From Gammaproteobacteria bacterium (GTDB taxonomy: Bacteria; Pseudomonadota; Gammaproteobacteria; G965277405), in the NCBI GenBank assembly GCA_965277405.1, contig OZ255726.1, forward strand, positions 992,001-1,056,000: a stretch of DNA of 64,000 nucleotides, written 5' to 3'. The notes below the pieces were generated by a model. It did no database searches, had not been told where the DNA came from, and saw nothing but the letters and a program-made list of their open reading frames with translations. Below are positions 9,801-20,325 of this stretch, piece by piece. The position numbers and the translations under genes were made by a program. The stretch's first letter is position 1. The number at the start of each line of letters is the position of its first letter.

Positions 9801-9860
9801 CTAGATAAGCTGGCGAACAGTTACGAGATAGAGAATGTAAATACTGATTTTTGACAATAG

Positions 9861-10379
9861 CTAGTGATAAACAGTAATTGGAGTTCCTATTTCTACTACT
9901 GATACAATTTCCTCTATTTCTACGTTAGATACTGCTATACAACCATTTGTCCAATCTTTTCCTTTAAATAAAGGGTAAAGCCATCCTAGATAATTTGGCA
10001 TACCATGAAGCATAATATCTCCACCAGGATTAGTCTCTTTTTTTATTGCTAGCTCTCTTTCATTTTTATTTGGATACGAGATGTGAAGTGCTTGATGGTA
10101 TGAGCTATTTGGGTGCTTCCAGTCTATATAGTAAGCCCCTTCAGGTGTTTTATGATCCCCCTCTTTTTCTTTCTTACCAAGTGGCACTCTTCCTAAAGAA
10201 ATAGTATAGGTTTTAATATGCATATCGTTATTAAATAAAATTAGTTTTTTGCTCTTTTTGTATACAACAATGTTGTTAACAGCACCTATCTCCTCATACA
10301 CAATTTTTGGATATATTTTATCAAAAAAATATATAGTTCCAGAAATTACGGATATTGACAGAACTACATACTTCCACAT
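9861..10379 (-). CDS. YkuD-family L,D-transpeptidase-like protein (YafK/DpaA-like)
   Basis: N-terminal TM segment, KEKEGDHKTPEG, LHISYPN, GGDIMLHG and WTNGCIAV catalytic motifs. Confidence 0.92.
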   Translation of the reverse strand: MWKYVVLSISVISGTIYFFDKIYPKIVYEEIGAVNNIVVYKKSKKLILFNNDMHIKTYTISLGRVPLGKKEKEGDHKTPEGAYYIDWKHPNSSYHQALHISYPNKNERELAIKKETNPGGDIMLHGMPNYLGWLYPLFKGKDWTNGCIAVSNVEIEEIVSVVEIGTPITVYH

Positions 10380-11383
10380 TATTTTAACTTTGCTGGCTCC
10401 ATTGCCCCAGTCATTGTATTGTCATCAGATGTGTCATAATTGTAATAATTCTGGTTTTCCCCTTCCTCCGAAAAAATATTTTGTGTTGTCTCTTTACGTC
10501 CATCATGGACAATATTCATATTTTCATCAAACCGCATTGTTCCGTCTCTAATATATTTATTAGTTAATTCAATGTCGGACTTTAGTTTTTCTAGCTCTTC
10601 ATTTGAAAGATTAGCAGCTATTTACATATCAACCGCAATTAAGCCATTTTCATCAAGCTTCACTGGTAATTTTTCCTGATGTGCTTCGTTAAGTAATTTA
10701 GAATCTTTAGTGATGATATTTTTATCATACGCACTTACTAGAAAGCATTTTTTTTCAGAGTCTTCATTATTTTTAAATAAATAATATGGCGTCTCGCCAT
10801 CTTCAATAAAGTAATATCCTGATATAATTTTATAATACAGAGATGGGTTTGATGAAAGAAATTTATGCTCTGCTTCTTGAAAAGACACCGGAGGATAAGA
10901 ATACCATTCAGCAGTTATCTCTGACATTCTTCCTAATTCTCTCTGGTCTGCTGTATATTCTCTAAATATTGACACACCAACAACTTTATTATTTGAGAAC
11001 AAAGGAACAAACTGTGATGGCGTCTCTGTTTCCGAATAAAAGTTATTAACACTTATTGAATCGCCTGAATACACGTCCAAAATATAACCATCTTCTTCTG
11101 TAACAACAGAGAACATATCTTTATAAAAATCTTTTGCCAATTTTTCAGCTTCTTCAGGTGAAGAAGCAATAACTTTTATATCGCTAGTCTCTTCATCTGA
11201 AGGAGAAGTTCGTATCGGCAAACTTACACTACCAATATTGTGAGCTACAACAACAGGACTATCAGTTATTTCTGTTGTTGTGCTTGTTTTCTGCTCAATG
11301 GGCTTAGTTATGTCAAACCATACAAACAGAACAACCAAAACAATGACGAATATTATAAGTATTGAGATTGTTTTTTTATTCAT
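10379..11383 (-). pseudogene. Membrane-anchored exported hypothetical protein with one in-frame TAA at 10624-10622
   Basis: Starts MNKKTISILIIFVIVLVVLFVWF. After the stop the same frame stays open for 80 codons (IAANLSNEELEKLK...MEPAKLK*) and ends in a TAATG overlap with the next gene. Confidence 0.7.
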
Positions 11384-11398
11384 AGCAACTAAACAATA

Positions 11399-11428
11399 AC
11401 CATGGAGCCTACAAAGAAGCCCCATGGT
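11399..11428 (-). terminator. Stem-loop after the C39-like peptidase gene (terminator or stabilising hairpin)
   Basis: Minus strand accatggggct-tctttgta-ggctccatggt followed by tattgttt. Confidence 0.55.
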
Positions 11429-11436
11429 ATTTACCC

Positions 11437-12220
11437 TTACACTCGTGGGCTTGCATTATACAAATACATATAACCACGTAACCAAGGAAGTCTACTTCCT
11501 GTTGGCTTCCAGTAAGAAGCTAACTCATTTTGACTTAGGTATTTTCTTGGACTTACAGCAAGACGCCTTACCAGATGAGAAGAACTATACGCTGGCGAGT
11601 TATAAGCACTGTCATTAATGAATAGCCCAACTACATCACTAGAGCATGTTCCTTGAGGACAATAAATCATTCCCGTTGCTAAAAGATAATGACCACCTGC
11701 TGAGGCATATTTTACATTCCCATGAGGCATATTTTACATTCCCATAAAGAATAGCAGGACTAAAATTTCTACATATCGTTGTAGCAAGTGTAGATACTGC
11801 ATTTTTTATTGAACTATCTTTTCTTTCAGCCATAGAAACTGTTAACCCAAGACCTTGGGTACGGTTAATATGGTCAACTATTTTCTTTTGTCCTGCCTTC
11901 AATTCGTCTGATGTCAAGCCACTAGTAGAACCACCAGAGGTATTGATATAGCTATGTATACCAGTTGGACTGTATTTAAGCGTTTTATTTCTCTTATGAG
12001 TTTCCCAAGCCATCTGCATTGAAGTAGTTGTCGCACCGCATGTGTAAGTGGTAGGCTGACCGTATTGCGGGACACCAAACCAACGTGCGACAAGTTTCCC
12101 ATTAATTTTTTGGTCATAAGTACTGGAAAGATAAGGGTATCGCTCCCACCCAGCATTTGCTGATGTCGTAAAAATAACGGACGCGACCATTCCTACAACA
12201 AATAAAGATTTCTTCAACAT
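11437..12220 (-). pseudogene. Secreted C39-like (papain-fold) cysteine peptidase frameshifted by a 22-bp tandem duplication
   Basis: Signal peptide MLKKSLF...SANA with a GGAG RBS; VPQYGQPTTYTCGATTTSM (Gln/Cys), GGHY (His) and INDS (Asp) are split across ORFs 11639-12256 and 11437-11730. Confidence 0.8.
11701..11744. repeat. Perfect 22-bp tandem duplication
   Basis: tgaggcatattttacattccca occurs twice (11701-11722 and 11723-11744). Confidence 0.97.
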
Positions 12221-12436
12221 ATTAATCTCCAAACCTGAATTTAAAGAATTAAGCAAGGCAATATCTGGTGTTGAGCACCCTGCTCAAAGTTGAAAACGCC
12301 AGGGGGGTAGATTTATTCTTGACTACAACTCCCTTGCATCTTTAGAAAAGCCAAAAATAAATTTGACCAAACAGAGAATACCACAAATTTTACATTATCA
12401 ATAGGTTTAGTCTTTTCCAATAAAAGACTTTTCCAT

Positions 12437-12574
12437 TTAATCCCACATACCCTGAAACTGCTTATCATCAACCCTAGTGTAAATGGCTGTATTTCTAATG
12501 TCTTTATGCCCTAGATAGTCTTGAACTACACGTACATCATACCCCTTATTATTCAGAGCATAACCGTAACCATG
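12437..12574 (-). pseudogene. C-terminal remnant of a FimB/FimE-type tyrosine recombinase
   Basis: HGYGYALNNKGYDVRVVQDYLGHKDIRNTAIYTRVDDKQFQGMWD*: box II with QDYLGH and the catalytic Tyr; 5' part missing. Confidence 0.85.
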
Positions 12575-12685
12575 CCCTCTTGTAGCTGGCAGTCACGATT
12601 TAGTTGATGCTGTCACGGTAAAAGCTAGTCCCTTGCTCAGATACAAACAGCTACGGCAAGCCCTGCCCCTGCTTTTCCTCTCTAG

Positions 12686-12994
12686 ATGACAGACAACGGA
12701 CCTGCATATTGATCAAAGTTCGTAAATAGATATCTTGATGCATGTCAAATCAAGCACGTTTTTACCAAACCATACAGGCCTCAGACCAACGGAAAAGCAG
12801 CAAGGATTATACAAACGCTTAGCAAGGAATGGGCGTTTTCGCAGCCATCGCAAACAAGTGATGAACGCAACAAAGCTCTTCCAAAATATCTTAACAACTA
12901 TAACCTCAGTCGCACACATTCCGCTTTATGGAATCTACCACCAGCTGCTAGAATTGTTGGTTTTGTAAACAACGTGTGTAGTTTTGACATTTAG
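12686..12994 (+). mobile_element. IS481-family transposase remnant with its right end
   Basis: MTDNGPAY*SKF...IKHVFTKPYRPQTNGKAARIIQTLSKEWAF...YNLSRTHSAL...VNNVCSFDI*; ends gtaaacaacgtgtgtagttttgACA. Confidence 0.88.
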
Positions 12995-13020
12995 GGCAAT
13001 AATTGTAAAAAGCAGCAACC

Positions 13021-13290
13021 GAGACCACCATCTTGAATTTCAGAAGATTGCTGGAACAGTACAACCTCTGTGAAAAAATATTCAGGAGAATCAGTCAACA
13101 ACTCAATAATCATGGATTGTTACGCTACGAAGGCAGTCGTTGAAGCCTCAATTATCGACGCCCCAACAACAACCTAAGAATAAACAGCAAGCCCGTGATC
13201 CGCAAATGCATCAAACAAGGAAGGGTAACCAATGCTACTTTGGTATGAAAGTTCATGTTGGTGTTGATGAAAGCTCTGGAATGATTCAAG
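13021..13290 (+). mobile_element. IS5-family transposase internal remnant (frameshifted)
   Basis: [25 protein letters not shown] and [35 protein letters not shown] occur in shifting frames. Confidence 0.9.
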
Positions 13291-13327
13291 CCCGCAACCA
13301 CGGCGGGCAATATCAAGGAATCTCTGC

Positions 13328-14521
13328 TTAAATTGGTAAACAACTCGGTCCAATTGGCTCAAAGCTTTTATATGTCAGGATAAATTCGGTATGTCCGAGT
13401 AACTCAGATTTTGTTTTTTTCCCATTGGCAACACCAATCACTAAAGCGTAAATTTCGTCGCCTACTTCATGCAACGACGCCTCACCGCTGATTATTCGAC
13501 CAGCATTCACATCCATATCACCGCTCAAACGTTGATACATTTGCGGGTTGGCGGCAATCTTGATAACCGGTGCCAGCGCAGACCCAACTACTGATCCTCG
13601 CCCTGTGACAAATAATGTCAGATGCGCACCCGACGCCATCATTTCAACTATTTCTGCGTTATCTGAAATATTTGGAAACCCAAAGCGAACTTCGCCATCT
13701 GGCACAACATCCATTAAATACAACCCCCCTTGTTGCGGAATATCGCCAGGTTTAATCATCCCTGAAATTTTAGACTGCCCTGATTTTGCGTAGGCACCCA
13801 TTGATTTTTCTTCGATCGTCGTTAGTCCACCATCAGCATTTCCCGCAGCAAAGCTGCCAAACCCAAGCGTTGCATAGTATTGCGCTGCTTTAGCGATAGA
13901 TGCGCGCAACTCGACCGCAAGCTGCGGTGTTGCCGCGCGTTCTGCCATCACTTCTTCACAGCCAATCAGCTCGCCAGTTTCTTCAAAAATGCAAACAGCA
14001 CCTTGGTCTACCAAACGGTCGAAAGCTTTGCCAACGGCAGGATTGCCAGATATTCCACTAGTTCCATCGGAACCGCCACAAATAGTGCCAATCACTAATT
14101 CAGAGATTGCCATCTTAGTCTTTTTATCTCCTTTGAGCTGTGCAATTGCCTGCCTTACCCATTGCTGTCCTTTGTTAATTGTTGCGGCTGTACCGCCTTC
14201 GTGTTGAATTACTAAAGTAGTAACTGGTCGCTCGCTATCACGAATTATTTTTTCCAGTTGATAGCGGTTGAAGCTTTCGCAGCCCAATGAAATAAGTAGT
14301 ACCGCCCCTGCATTTGGATGGGTGCACAATTGCTCCATAATTTTTTGTGCATATTCATTTGGGAAACAACCAGGAAAGCCAATCAGATGTGCCTGATTAC
14401 GATTTATACTAGTTATTTCACGAGCAATATGGTGAGCACACTCTACCAAATAAGCCACAATAACTAAGTTTCTGATGCCTTTGCGTCCATCTGCACGTTG
14501 ATACCCAAACAACTGACTCAA
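13328..14521 (-). CDS. UxaA/GarD-family dehydratase, large subunit
   Basis: [67 protein letters not shown]; probable TTG start at 14521 with a GGAG RBS. Confidence 0.9.
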   Translation of the reverse strand: MSQLFGYQRADGRKGIRNLVIVAYLVECAHHIAREITSINRNQAHLIGFPGCFPNEYAQKIMEQLCTHPNAGAVLLISLGCESFNRYQLEKIIRDSERPVTTLVIQHEGGTAATINKGQQWVRQAIAQLKGDKKTKMAISELVIGTICGGSDGTSGISGNPAVGKAFDRLVDQGAVCIFEETGELIGCEEVMAERAATPQLAVELRASIAKAAQYYATLGFGSFAAGNADGGLTTIEEKSMGAYAKSGQSKISGMIKPGDIPQQGGLYLMDVVPDGEVRFGFPNISDNAEIVEMMASGAHLTLFVTGRGSVVGSALAPVIKIAANPQMYQRLSGDMDVNAGRIISGEASLHEVGDEIYALVIGVANGKKTKSELLGHTEFILTYKSFEPIGPSCLPI

Positions 14522-14850
14522 TGCGTTTCTCCACTTGTTTGCGCGTCTGTGCACGTTGCTTCAGGCAGTGAATAGGTTGGTGTATAGTCGCTTTTCAGGT
14601 TGCAAAGATGTACATGTTCGCCAACAGCAATATTTTGTATTGCTGAACCAATGGCGACACCGTATTTAATAATTTTTTCACCAGCTTTGATTTCCCTGCA
14701 GGCAATCTTATGCCCCATCTTGGCCTTTGATGAAAGTTTTATTTCCTCATTAAAAATTAATACGTTATCTCCACTTTGAATTTCAGCACGTAATACCAAG
14801 ACATTGTCGTTAGCGTGCAGCAGTAACAGACGAGCGTCGGTATGAGACAT
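14518..14850 (-). CDS. SAF-domain small subunit of a UxaA-family dehydratase
   Basis: DNVLVL, GHKIA, IIKYGVAIG, GEHVHLCN. Confidence 0.88.
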   Translation of the reverse strand: MSHTDARLLLLHANDNVLVLRAEIQSGDNVLIFNEEIKLSSKAKMGHKIACREIKAGEKIIKYGVAIGSAIQNIAVGEHVHLCNLKSDYTPTYSLPEATCTDAQTSGETH

Positions 14851-14957
14851 ATTCCGTGAGCTACAACTGCTGCCTAACAAATAACTCTATATCAAGATTA
14901 AGACGATGCTGTCGACTTGCAACAAAGACCATCGTTGTTGCTGTCATTTGCATATGC

Positions 14958-15608
14958 TTAAAATTTTCCATATTTAAGGTAGGCGTCCTGCGGGTCTGTG
15001 CCCGCAAGAATTGCATTACGCACCTTACTTTCAGTTTTCATGGCTATCAGTGATTCGTCCAGAACTTGGTCAACAACTTCAAGTGGTATGCACACCATGC
15101 CATCCCGATCGCCGTGCAGCCAATCGCCAGGACGGATTAGTACTTCACCAAGCATTATATCCTCATCAGTTGCCGTTGGCAGCCAGAACCCGACTATATC
15201 TCGCGGGGTATGGTGGGTTCGCCAACAAGGAAATCCGAGCCGCATGATAAAATTAGCATCTCTAAGAGCGCCATCCAACACGCAGCCAAGTACACCCTTA
15301 TGATGGAGTGTTTCGGCGGAAAGCTCACCCATTTGAGCTAGTTGCTGGGTATGCGGTTGCGCGGTCCAAATATGCTCCGCCGGTGCTTTTGACAATAACC
15401 ATGTCCAAGCTAGCAGTGTTTCGTGAACATCTGCGGTTTCATCTACTCGACCGTTAACTGTCCAGACAGGACCACACAGAGTAAGTTCAGGTTGCAAAGG
15501 CATAATTCTGCTTGGTAAAGTTAAGTTTTTCTTACCCATTGCGCGCATAACATCATGAATAACGCCAGTATAGCAGGATTGATACAGTTCGATGCGCGGA
15601 TCATTCAT
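14958..15608 (-). CDS. RraA/HMG-aldolase family protein
   Basis: MGELSA, GVLGCVLDGALRD, IRPGDWLHGDRDGMVCIP. Confidence 0.88.
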   Translation of the reverse strand: MNDPRIELYQSCYTGVIHDVMRAMGKKNLTLPSRIMPLQPELTLCGPVWTVNGRVDETADVHETLLAWTWLLSKAPAEHIWTAQPHTQQLAQMGELSAETLHHKGVLGCVLDGALRDANFIMRLGFPCWRTHHTPRDIVGFWLPTATDEDIMLGEVLIRPGDWLHGDRDGMVCIPLEVVDQVLDESLIAMKTESKVRNAILAGTDPQDAYLKYGKF

Positions 15609-15930
15609 GGTGGAACACCTCTGCCATGGCTGCCCACCATTCCCCGTCTGCACGTGTCGCTAATGGTTGTTGACATGGTGTGCAAACATCCCACCATTCC
15701 TGTATACGCGGGTTAGCAGCCATCTTAGCTACATCGGTCTTAAATTCGTCGCCAGTGTATTCCCAATAACCAAACAGTAGGTTTTCTGGCTCTTTCAGGA
15801 AAATTGAGTAATTGGTGATATTACAGGCAGAAATTATATGCAGTATGTCAGGCCAAACTACTGCGTGCAGCAATTTATAATTTTTTATCTGATCTGGCTT
15901 GATACCGATCACCATTCCCATCCGTTGCAT
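15601..15930 (-). CDS. L-rhamnose/L-fucose mutarotase (RhaM family)
   Basis: YKLLHAVVWP, NITNYSIFL, LFGYWEY, QEWW, WWAAMAEVFH. Confidence 0.9.
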   Translation of the reverse strand: MQRMGMVIGIKPDQIKNYKLLHAVVWPDILHIISACNITNYSIFLKEPENLLFGYWEYTGDEFKTDVAKMAANPRIQEWWDVCTPCQQPLATRADGEWWAAMAEVFHHE

Positions 15931-16025
15931 TGCATTACTCTCCATAACCAAATTTATTATATGTGCCAATAACTATGAGATTTAGCATATTGCCAAGTGC
16001 CAGCGTCTGCCAATCCCACCCGTTT

Positions 16026-17168
16026 TCATCGTTGTTGCTGCGTCTCGCCCATCATGGAATTAATCAGCGGTTCCGCAGCCTGTATCACTTGTTTAGTGGT
16101 AGCGTTAAACAAATGTGCGTTATCCATTGAGAAACAAAAATCAAAGTTTTCTTTGGTTGCAACAGCGCGCGGATTTAACATTTTTCCTTGTATCTCATGC
16201 CCTGCAAGTTGGGTATAAATTATCGTTTCTGTTCCAAGCGGTTCAGAAAGAATGACCTCTAGATTTACAGTTGCTTGTTGCTCGCTTGAGATGTTAATTC
16301 CATGCCCTACTGGGTTGATATCATCGGCACGAATTCCCAAAATAACATCTTCACCTGCTGCGATATGATTGACTAGGCGGTTGGGTACTGGCAGGTTAGT
16401 CCCGTCTGCAAATACTAATGATTTTTTATCAATTTTAGCAGGGATAAGATTCATCGGCGGGGAGCCAATGAAACCAGCAACAAACGTGTTTACTGGATTA
16501 TTAAAAACGTCTAAAGGGGTACCAACTTGCTCAATATAGCCGTCTTTCATAACCACAATGCGGTCTGCTAGCGTCATTGCTTCTACCTGATCATGGGTGA
16601 CATACACGATAGTGGTTTTAACTTTTTGGTGCAGTTTTTTAATTTCGGTACGCATTTGCACGCGTAATTTGGCATCCAGGTTGGACAGGGGTTCATCAAA
16701 CAGAAAGACCTTTGGGTGACGGACAATAGCTCTACCCATTGCCACCCGCTGCCGCTGTCCCCCAGAAAGTTCAGCTGGAGTGCGATCCATTAACTCTGTA
16801 ATACCGAGTATCTCTGCTGCTTCGTTTACTTGCTGTATAATATTTTGTTTGGATATGTTGGCAATTTTTAGAGCAAACCCAAGGTTATCGCGCACAGTCA
16901 TGTGTGGGTAAAGAGCATAGTTCTGAAATACCATTGATATATTCCTTTGTCGGGGCGCAAGATGATTGACTAAAACATCTTCTATAAAAATTTCTCCGCC
17001 TGATATTTCTTCAAGACCTGCAATCATGCGCAAGGTGGTTGACTTGCCACAACCTGATGGACCAACCAATACCACAAACTCATTATGTTCAATTGCTAGG
17101 TTGATGCCGTGTACAACTTCGAGCTTGCCATATTTTTTAATTACTTCTTTAAATACAATACTTGCCAT
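16026..17168 (-). CDS. CUT1 carbohydrate ABC transporter ATPase (MalK-like)
   Basis: GPSGCGKSTTLRMIAGLE, MVFQNYALYPH, LSGGQRQRVAMGRA, DEPLSNLDAKLR. Confidence 0.96.
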   Translation of the reverse strand: MASIVFKEVIKKYGKLEVVHGINLAIEHNEFVVLVGPSGCGKSTTLRMIAGLEEISGGEIFIEDVLVNHLAPRQRNISMVFQNYALYPHMTVRDNLGFALKIANISKQNIIQQVNEAAEILGITELMDRTPAELSGGQRQRVAMGRAIVRHPKVFLFDEPLSNLDAKLRVQMRTEIKKLHQKVKTTIVYVTHDQVEAMTLADRIVVMKDGYIEQVGTPLDVFNNPVNTFVAGFIGSPPMNLIPAKIDKKSLVFADGTNLPVPNRLVNHIAAGEDVILGIRADDINPVGHGINISSEQQATVNLEVILSEPLGTETIIYTQLAGHEIQGKMLNPRAVATKENFDFCFSMDNAHLFNATTKQVIQAAEPLINSMMGETQQQR

Positions 17169-17172
17169 CGAT

Positions 17173-18030
17173 TTATCCTTTTACGCCACCAAATGTCAGT
17201 CCAGCGATCAGGTGTTTTTGCACCACATAAGTTAGTAAAAGAGCTGGAACGATAATGATCACCGCCATAGCACACATACCTGCCCAGTCAATCGTAAATT
17301 GTGAAGTAAAGTCCATCAGCCCCACTGGCAAAGTCTTACTGTCGGTTGATCGCGTTAATTGACTCGCCAATGCGTATTCGTTCCAACTAGTTAAAAATGC
17401 GAATACCCCTGCTGATGTAATCCCCGAGCGCGCCAATGGAAACTCTATTTTCCAAAAAGCTTGCCAGCGTGTACAACCATCTACCTGGCCTGCTTCGCTC
17501 ATTTCTTTAGGAATTTGTCGAAAAAACCCGTCTATTAACCAGATAGTAAAAGGTACATTCAGGGCAACATAAATAATAATTAGCCCCAACGTAGAGTCAA
17601 TAAGCCCGAGTTTGCTCCAGATCATAAAAATTGGTAGTGATAGAGCTATACCTGGAACAGCACGTGACAACATTAGTCCAAGAAATAAGCTGTTTTTTCC
17701 AGCAAACCTGAATCTAGCAAAAGAATAGCCACCAGACATGCCAATCAGAATTGCGATCGCAGTTGAGGTCAGTGCGATGATCATGGAATTAGTAAAATAG
17801 CTAACTACTGGTATGGCGATTTGCTCGTCACCTAGTCCAAAAATAACAGCAAAATTTTGCATGGTTATGTGTTGCGGAATCCAAACCGCTGGCTTGGCGG
17901 TTATTTCGCGATTATGACGAAACCCCGATAACACAACCCAAAGACCTGGGACACACATTACCAGCATTAGTATAAAAGCGCACAGCCAAGTAAACGTCAT
18001 GGCCAAGCGTTTCTTTATCTTGTGTATCAT
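17173..18030 (-). CDS. Carbohydrate ABC transporter permease (MalG-like)
   Basis: EAA loop EAGQVDGC, FLTSWNEY, TM helices. Confidence 0.94.
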   Translation of the reverse strand: MIHKIKKRLAMTFTWLCAFILMLVMCVPGLWVVLSGFRHNREITAKPAVWIPQHITMQNFAVIFGLGDEQIAIPVVSYFTNSMIIALTSTAIAILIGMSGGYSFARFRFAGKNSLFLGLMLSRAVPGIALSLPIFMIWSKLGLIDSTLGLIIIYVALNVPFTIWLIDGFFRQIPKEMSEAGQVDGCTRWQAFWKIEFPLARSGITSAGVFAFLTSWNEYALASQLTRSTDSKTLPVGLMDFTSQFTIDWAGMCAMAVIIIVPALLLTYVVQKHLIAGLTFGGVKG

Positions 18031-18935
18031 CCTATTTCACCCATATAACGGCGTGCAGCGATTAATTTTGTGAAAAAATAATAGGTAAATAATATTGATA
18101 ACAGCGTTGAGATATAAGCCATCGCGTTAGCCTGTCCCATGTTAGCATTGTCATAGCCAACTCGGGCAATCAGCGTCCACAGTAATTCTGTTCGGCCTGC
18201 AGGGCCTCCTCCTGTCATTACATCGACAATGTCATACGCCCGCGCAATATCAAGCGACCTGATTGTCATAGCTATAAATGCAAAGGGCATGATAAAAGGC
18301 AGGGTTATATGGCGAAACACTTGCCATGGGTTGCACCCATCTACTTTAGCGGCTTCTAAAGGGTCGCGTGGCATGGCAAACAGCCCTGCAAGCAGGAGAA
18401 TGGCAAAAACAGACGTGCTCATCCACACCTCTGCAAAAATAATTGAGAACATTACTAAATACTTATCAATCAACCAGGGAATAGCTCCATCGGATACCCC
18501 AAGTGAGAGCAATGCATTATTGAGAATGCCGATGTTGTCGTTGAAGATAAACTTAAATTGAAAACCGACTAAAATTGGAGAAAACATCATCGGAAACATC
18601 ATGATGGTACGCAAAGTGCGCTGCCCCCAAGTGATGCGGTTAACCAGCAAGGCAATGCCCAACCCTAGGATCAATTCGACATTCAAGGCGATAGTTAAAT
18701 ATACAATTGTTCTGCCAAAAGCCCACCAAAAATCTGTGTTTTCAACAAGGCGGATGTAATTCCTCAAACCAATAAAAGTATTGATCGTCTCTGGTCTGGT
18801 AAGTTTGTATGGCGTCAGGCTAGTATAAAATGAAAACACCAATGGAATTGCGACAACAAAAATAATTAGCAAAATTGCTGGCGATAACAGCAAATAAGGA
18901 GTGTGTTTTTCTACACGCCAGCGCATGTGTTTCAC
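18027..18935 (-). CDS. Carbohydrate ABC transporter permease (MalF-like)
   Basis: FIGLRNY, EAAKVDGC, MTGGGP. Confidence 0.94.
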   Translation of the reverse strand: MKHMRWRVEKHTPYLLLSPAILLIIFVVAIPLVFSFYTSLTPYKLTRPETINTFIGLRNYIRLVENTDFWWAFGRTIVYLTIALNVELILGLGIALLVNRITWGQRTLRTIMMFPMMFSPILVGFQFKFIFNDNIGILNNALLSLGVSDGAIPWLIDKYLVMFSIIFAEVWMSTSVFAILLLAGLFAMPRDPLEAAKVDGCNPWQVFRHITLPFIMPFAFIAMTIRSLDIARAYDIVDVMTGGGPAGRTELLWTLIARVGYDNANMGQANAMAYISTLLSILFTYYFFTKLIAARRYMGEIG

Positions 18936-18996
18936 TTATATATTAATCAACAGAACTCACGCTAACGACTCGCGCCATCGTCAGCGCTAGTGTCGA

Positions 18997-20325
18997 TCAA
19001 TCATAATATCCAGCATCTGCCATTATTTGTTTTGCCGCTGTTGCTGCCTCATCCAGCGCAACTTGGATCGGCTTTTCACCTAGAATTGCTACCTGTAGGC
19101 GCGGCCATATTTCATTTGAAACTTCAATCCATTCAGGAATTAAAGGCGGGGTGAACGCATCTTCTACCATTGATTGAGCAAACACATTAAAAACTTCAAC
19201 AAGAAAGTCGTTACCTGCTGCTGCGAATTCTTTTTTAACGTCTATCCAGACTTGCTCACGCGTTGGTAATAAACCTTTACGCGCCTCAACCATTTGCCGA
19301 TCATGGTCTGTTAAAAAGGTTATAAAGGATACCGCTGCTGCAGTATTGTCACAAGTGGCGGTGATTGAGAAAGTATGGCTGCCAGACCAACCAGAGCGTT
19401 TGCCACCAACGCCTTTTGGCGCCCGTATCAAACCAATATTGCCAGCAACTTTAGAGTTTTCTGGGTCATTAAAAAATGATGCCCAGCCGGCCCAATCTAG
19501 GTTAAGCGCAACTGAACCAGAGGCGAAACCAAGTCCCGTATCATCCCAAAGATAATTCAATACCCCAGCAGGTACGGCTTTAGCATCATACAGTTCTTTA
19601 AACCATTCAACCGATATTACTCCAGCTTTAGAATTAAACGTGGGATTCCAATCTTCATCGAACAACGCACCGCCATTTGCTACTAGCATTTCATAAAAAC
19701 GTCCTGTAATCGCTTCATCTTTTCCAACATATTGTGTGCCATAAAAAGTCGGGGCATCTGCAAAGAAAATTGCTTGATCTTTGAACATATTCCACGTTTT
19801 AGGTGGAGTAAGTGCATAGCCATATTTTGCTTTGAATGCAGCTTGCTTGTTAGCATCTTGGTACAATGATTTTTGATAGTACAGATTGGATACATCTGAA
19901 TGACGCGGTAACTGCACCAGCTTGCCGTTTAGAGTTGAGTTTTTCAGTGCGAGTGGCTGAAACTCAGCAAGGACATCTGCTGCAATTAACTTGTTTAAAT
20001 CTACGTAAATATCACCATATTGTGCTGCAAAATTTGTGTGGCTTGATCCAACACACCAATCTAAGGTTCCTGCGGCAATATCTTGTTTAATTTCCCGATC
20101 AAATTCAAAATGACTTTTTCGCGTCAAGATGTCGACCGTTGCGCCTGTCTGCTTTTCCCATTTAGGTATTTCAGCATACAGTGGCTCATATTGCGCCCCT
20201 CCTATTAACTTCACGCGTAACGTGTAGCCGTCAAATTCACCAGCAAGTATAGGATTGCTCATACTGGCCAATAGTAGCGCCGCCAAAGCGGCTGCCGTTA
20301 TAGCCTTCAAGTTTGACTGTTTCAT
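18997..20325 (-). CDS. Carbohydrate ABC transporter substrate-binding protein
   Basis: Signal peptide, GAGGAGG RBS, 442-aa SBP family 1 pattern (LTPPKTW, PTFNSKAG); first gene of the ABC operon. Confidence 0.92.
   Translation of the reverse strand: MKQSNLKAITAAALAALLLASMSNPILAGEFDGYTLRVKLIGGAQYEPLYAEIPKWEKQTGATVDILTRKSHFEFDREIKQDIAAGTLDWCVGSSHTNFAAQYGDIYVDLNKLIAADVLAEFQPLALKNSTLNGKLVQLPRHSDVSNLYYQKSLYQDANKQAAFKAKYGYALTPPKTWNMFKDQAIFFADAPTFYGTQYVGKDEAITGRFYEMLVANGGALFDEDWNPTFNSKAGVISVEWFKELYDAKAVPAGVLNYLWDDTGLGFASGSVALNLDWAGWASFFNDPENSKVAGNIGLIRAPKGVGGKRSGWSGSHTFSITATCDNTAAAVSFITFLTDHDRQMVEARKGLLPTREQVWIDVKKEFAAAGNDFLVEVFNVFAQSMVEDAFTPPLIPEWIEVSNEIWPRLQVAILGEKPIQVALDEAATAAKQIMADAGYYD

Noticed and set aside
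12221-12436. fimS-like invertible promoter upstream of the peptidase
   Set aside because: Only local hairpins found (TTGAGCA/TGCTCAA, GTCTTTT/AAAAGAC); no pair of inverted repeats bracketing a segment
13328-14850. SuyAB sulfolactate sulfo-lyase
   Set aside because: Same split architecture, but there are no sulfonate genes nearby and the context is sugar-related; only the family can be called
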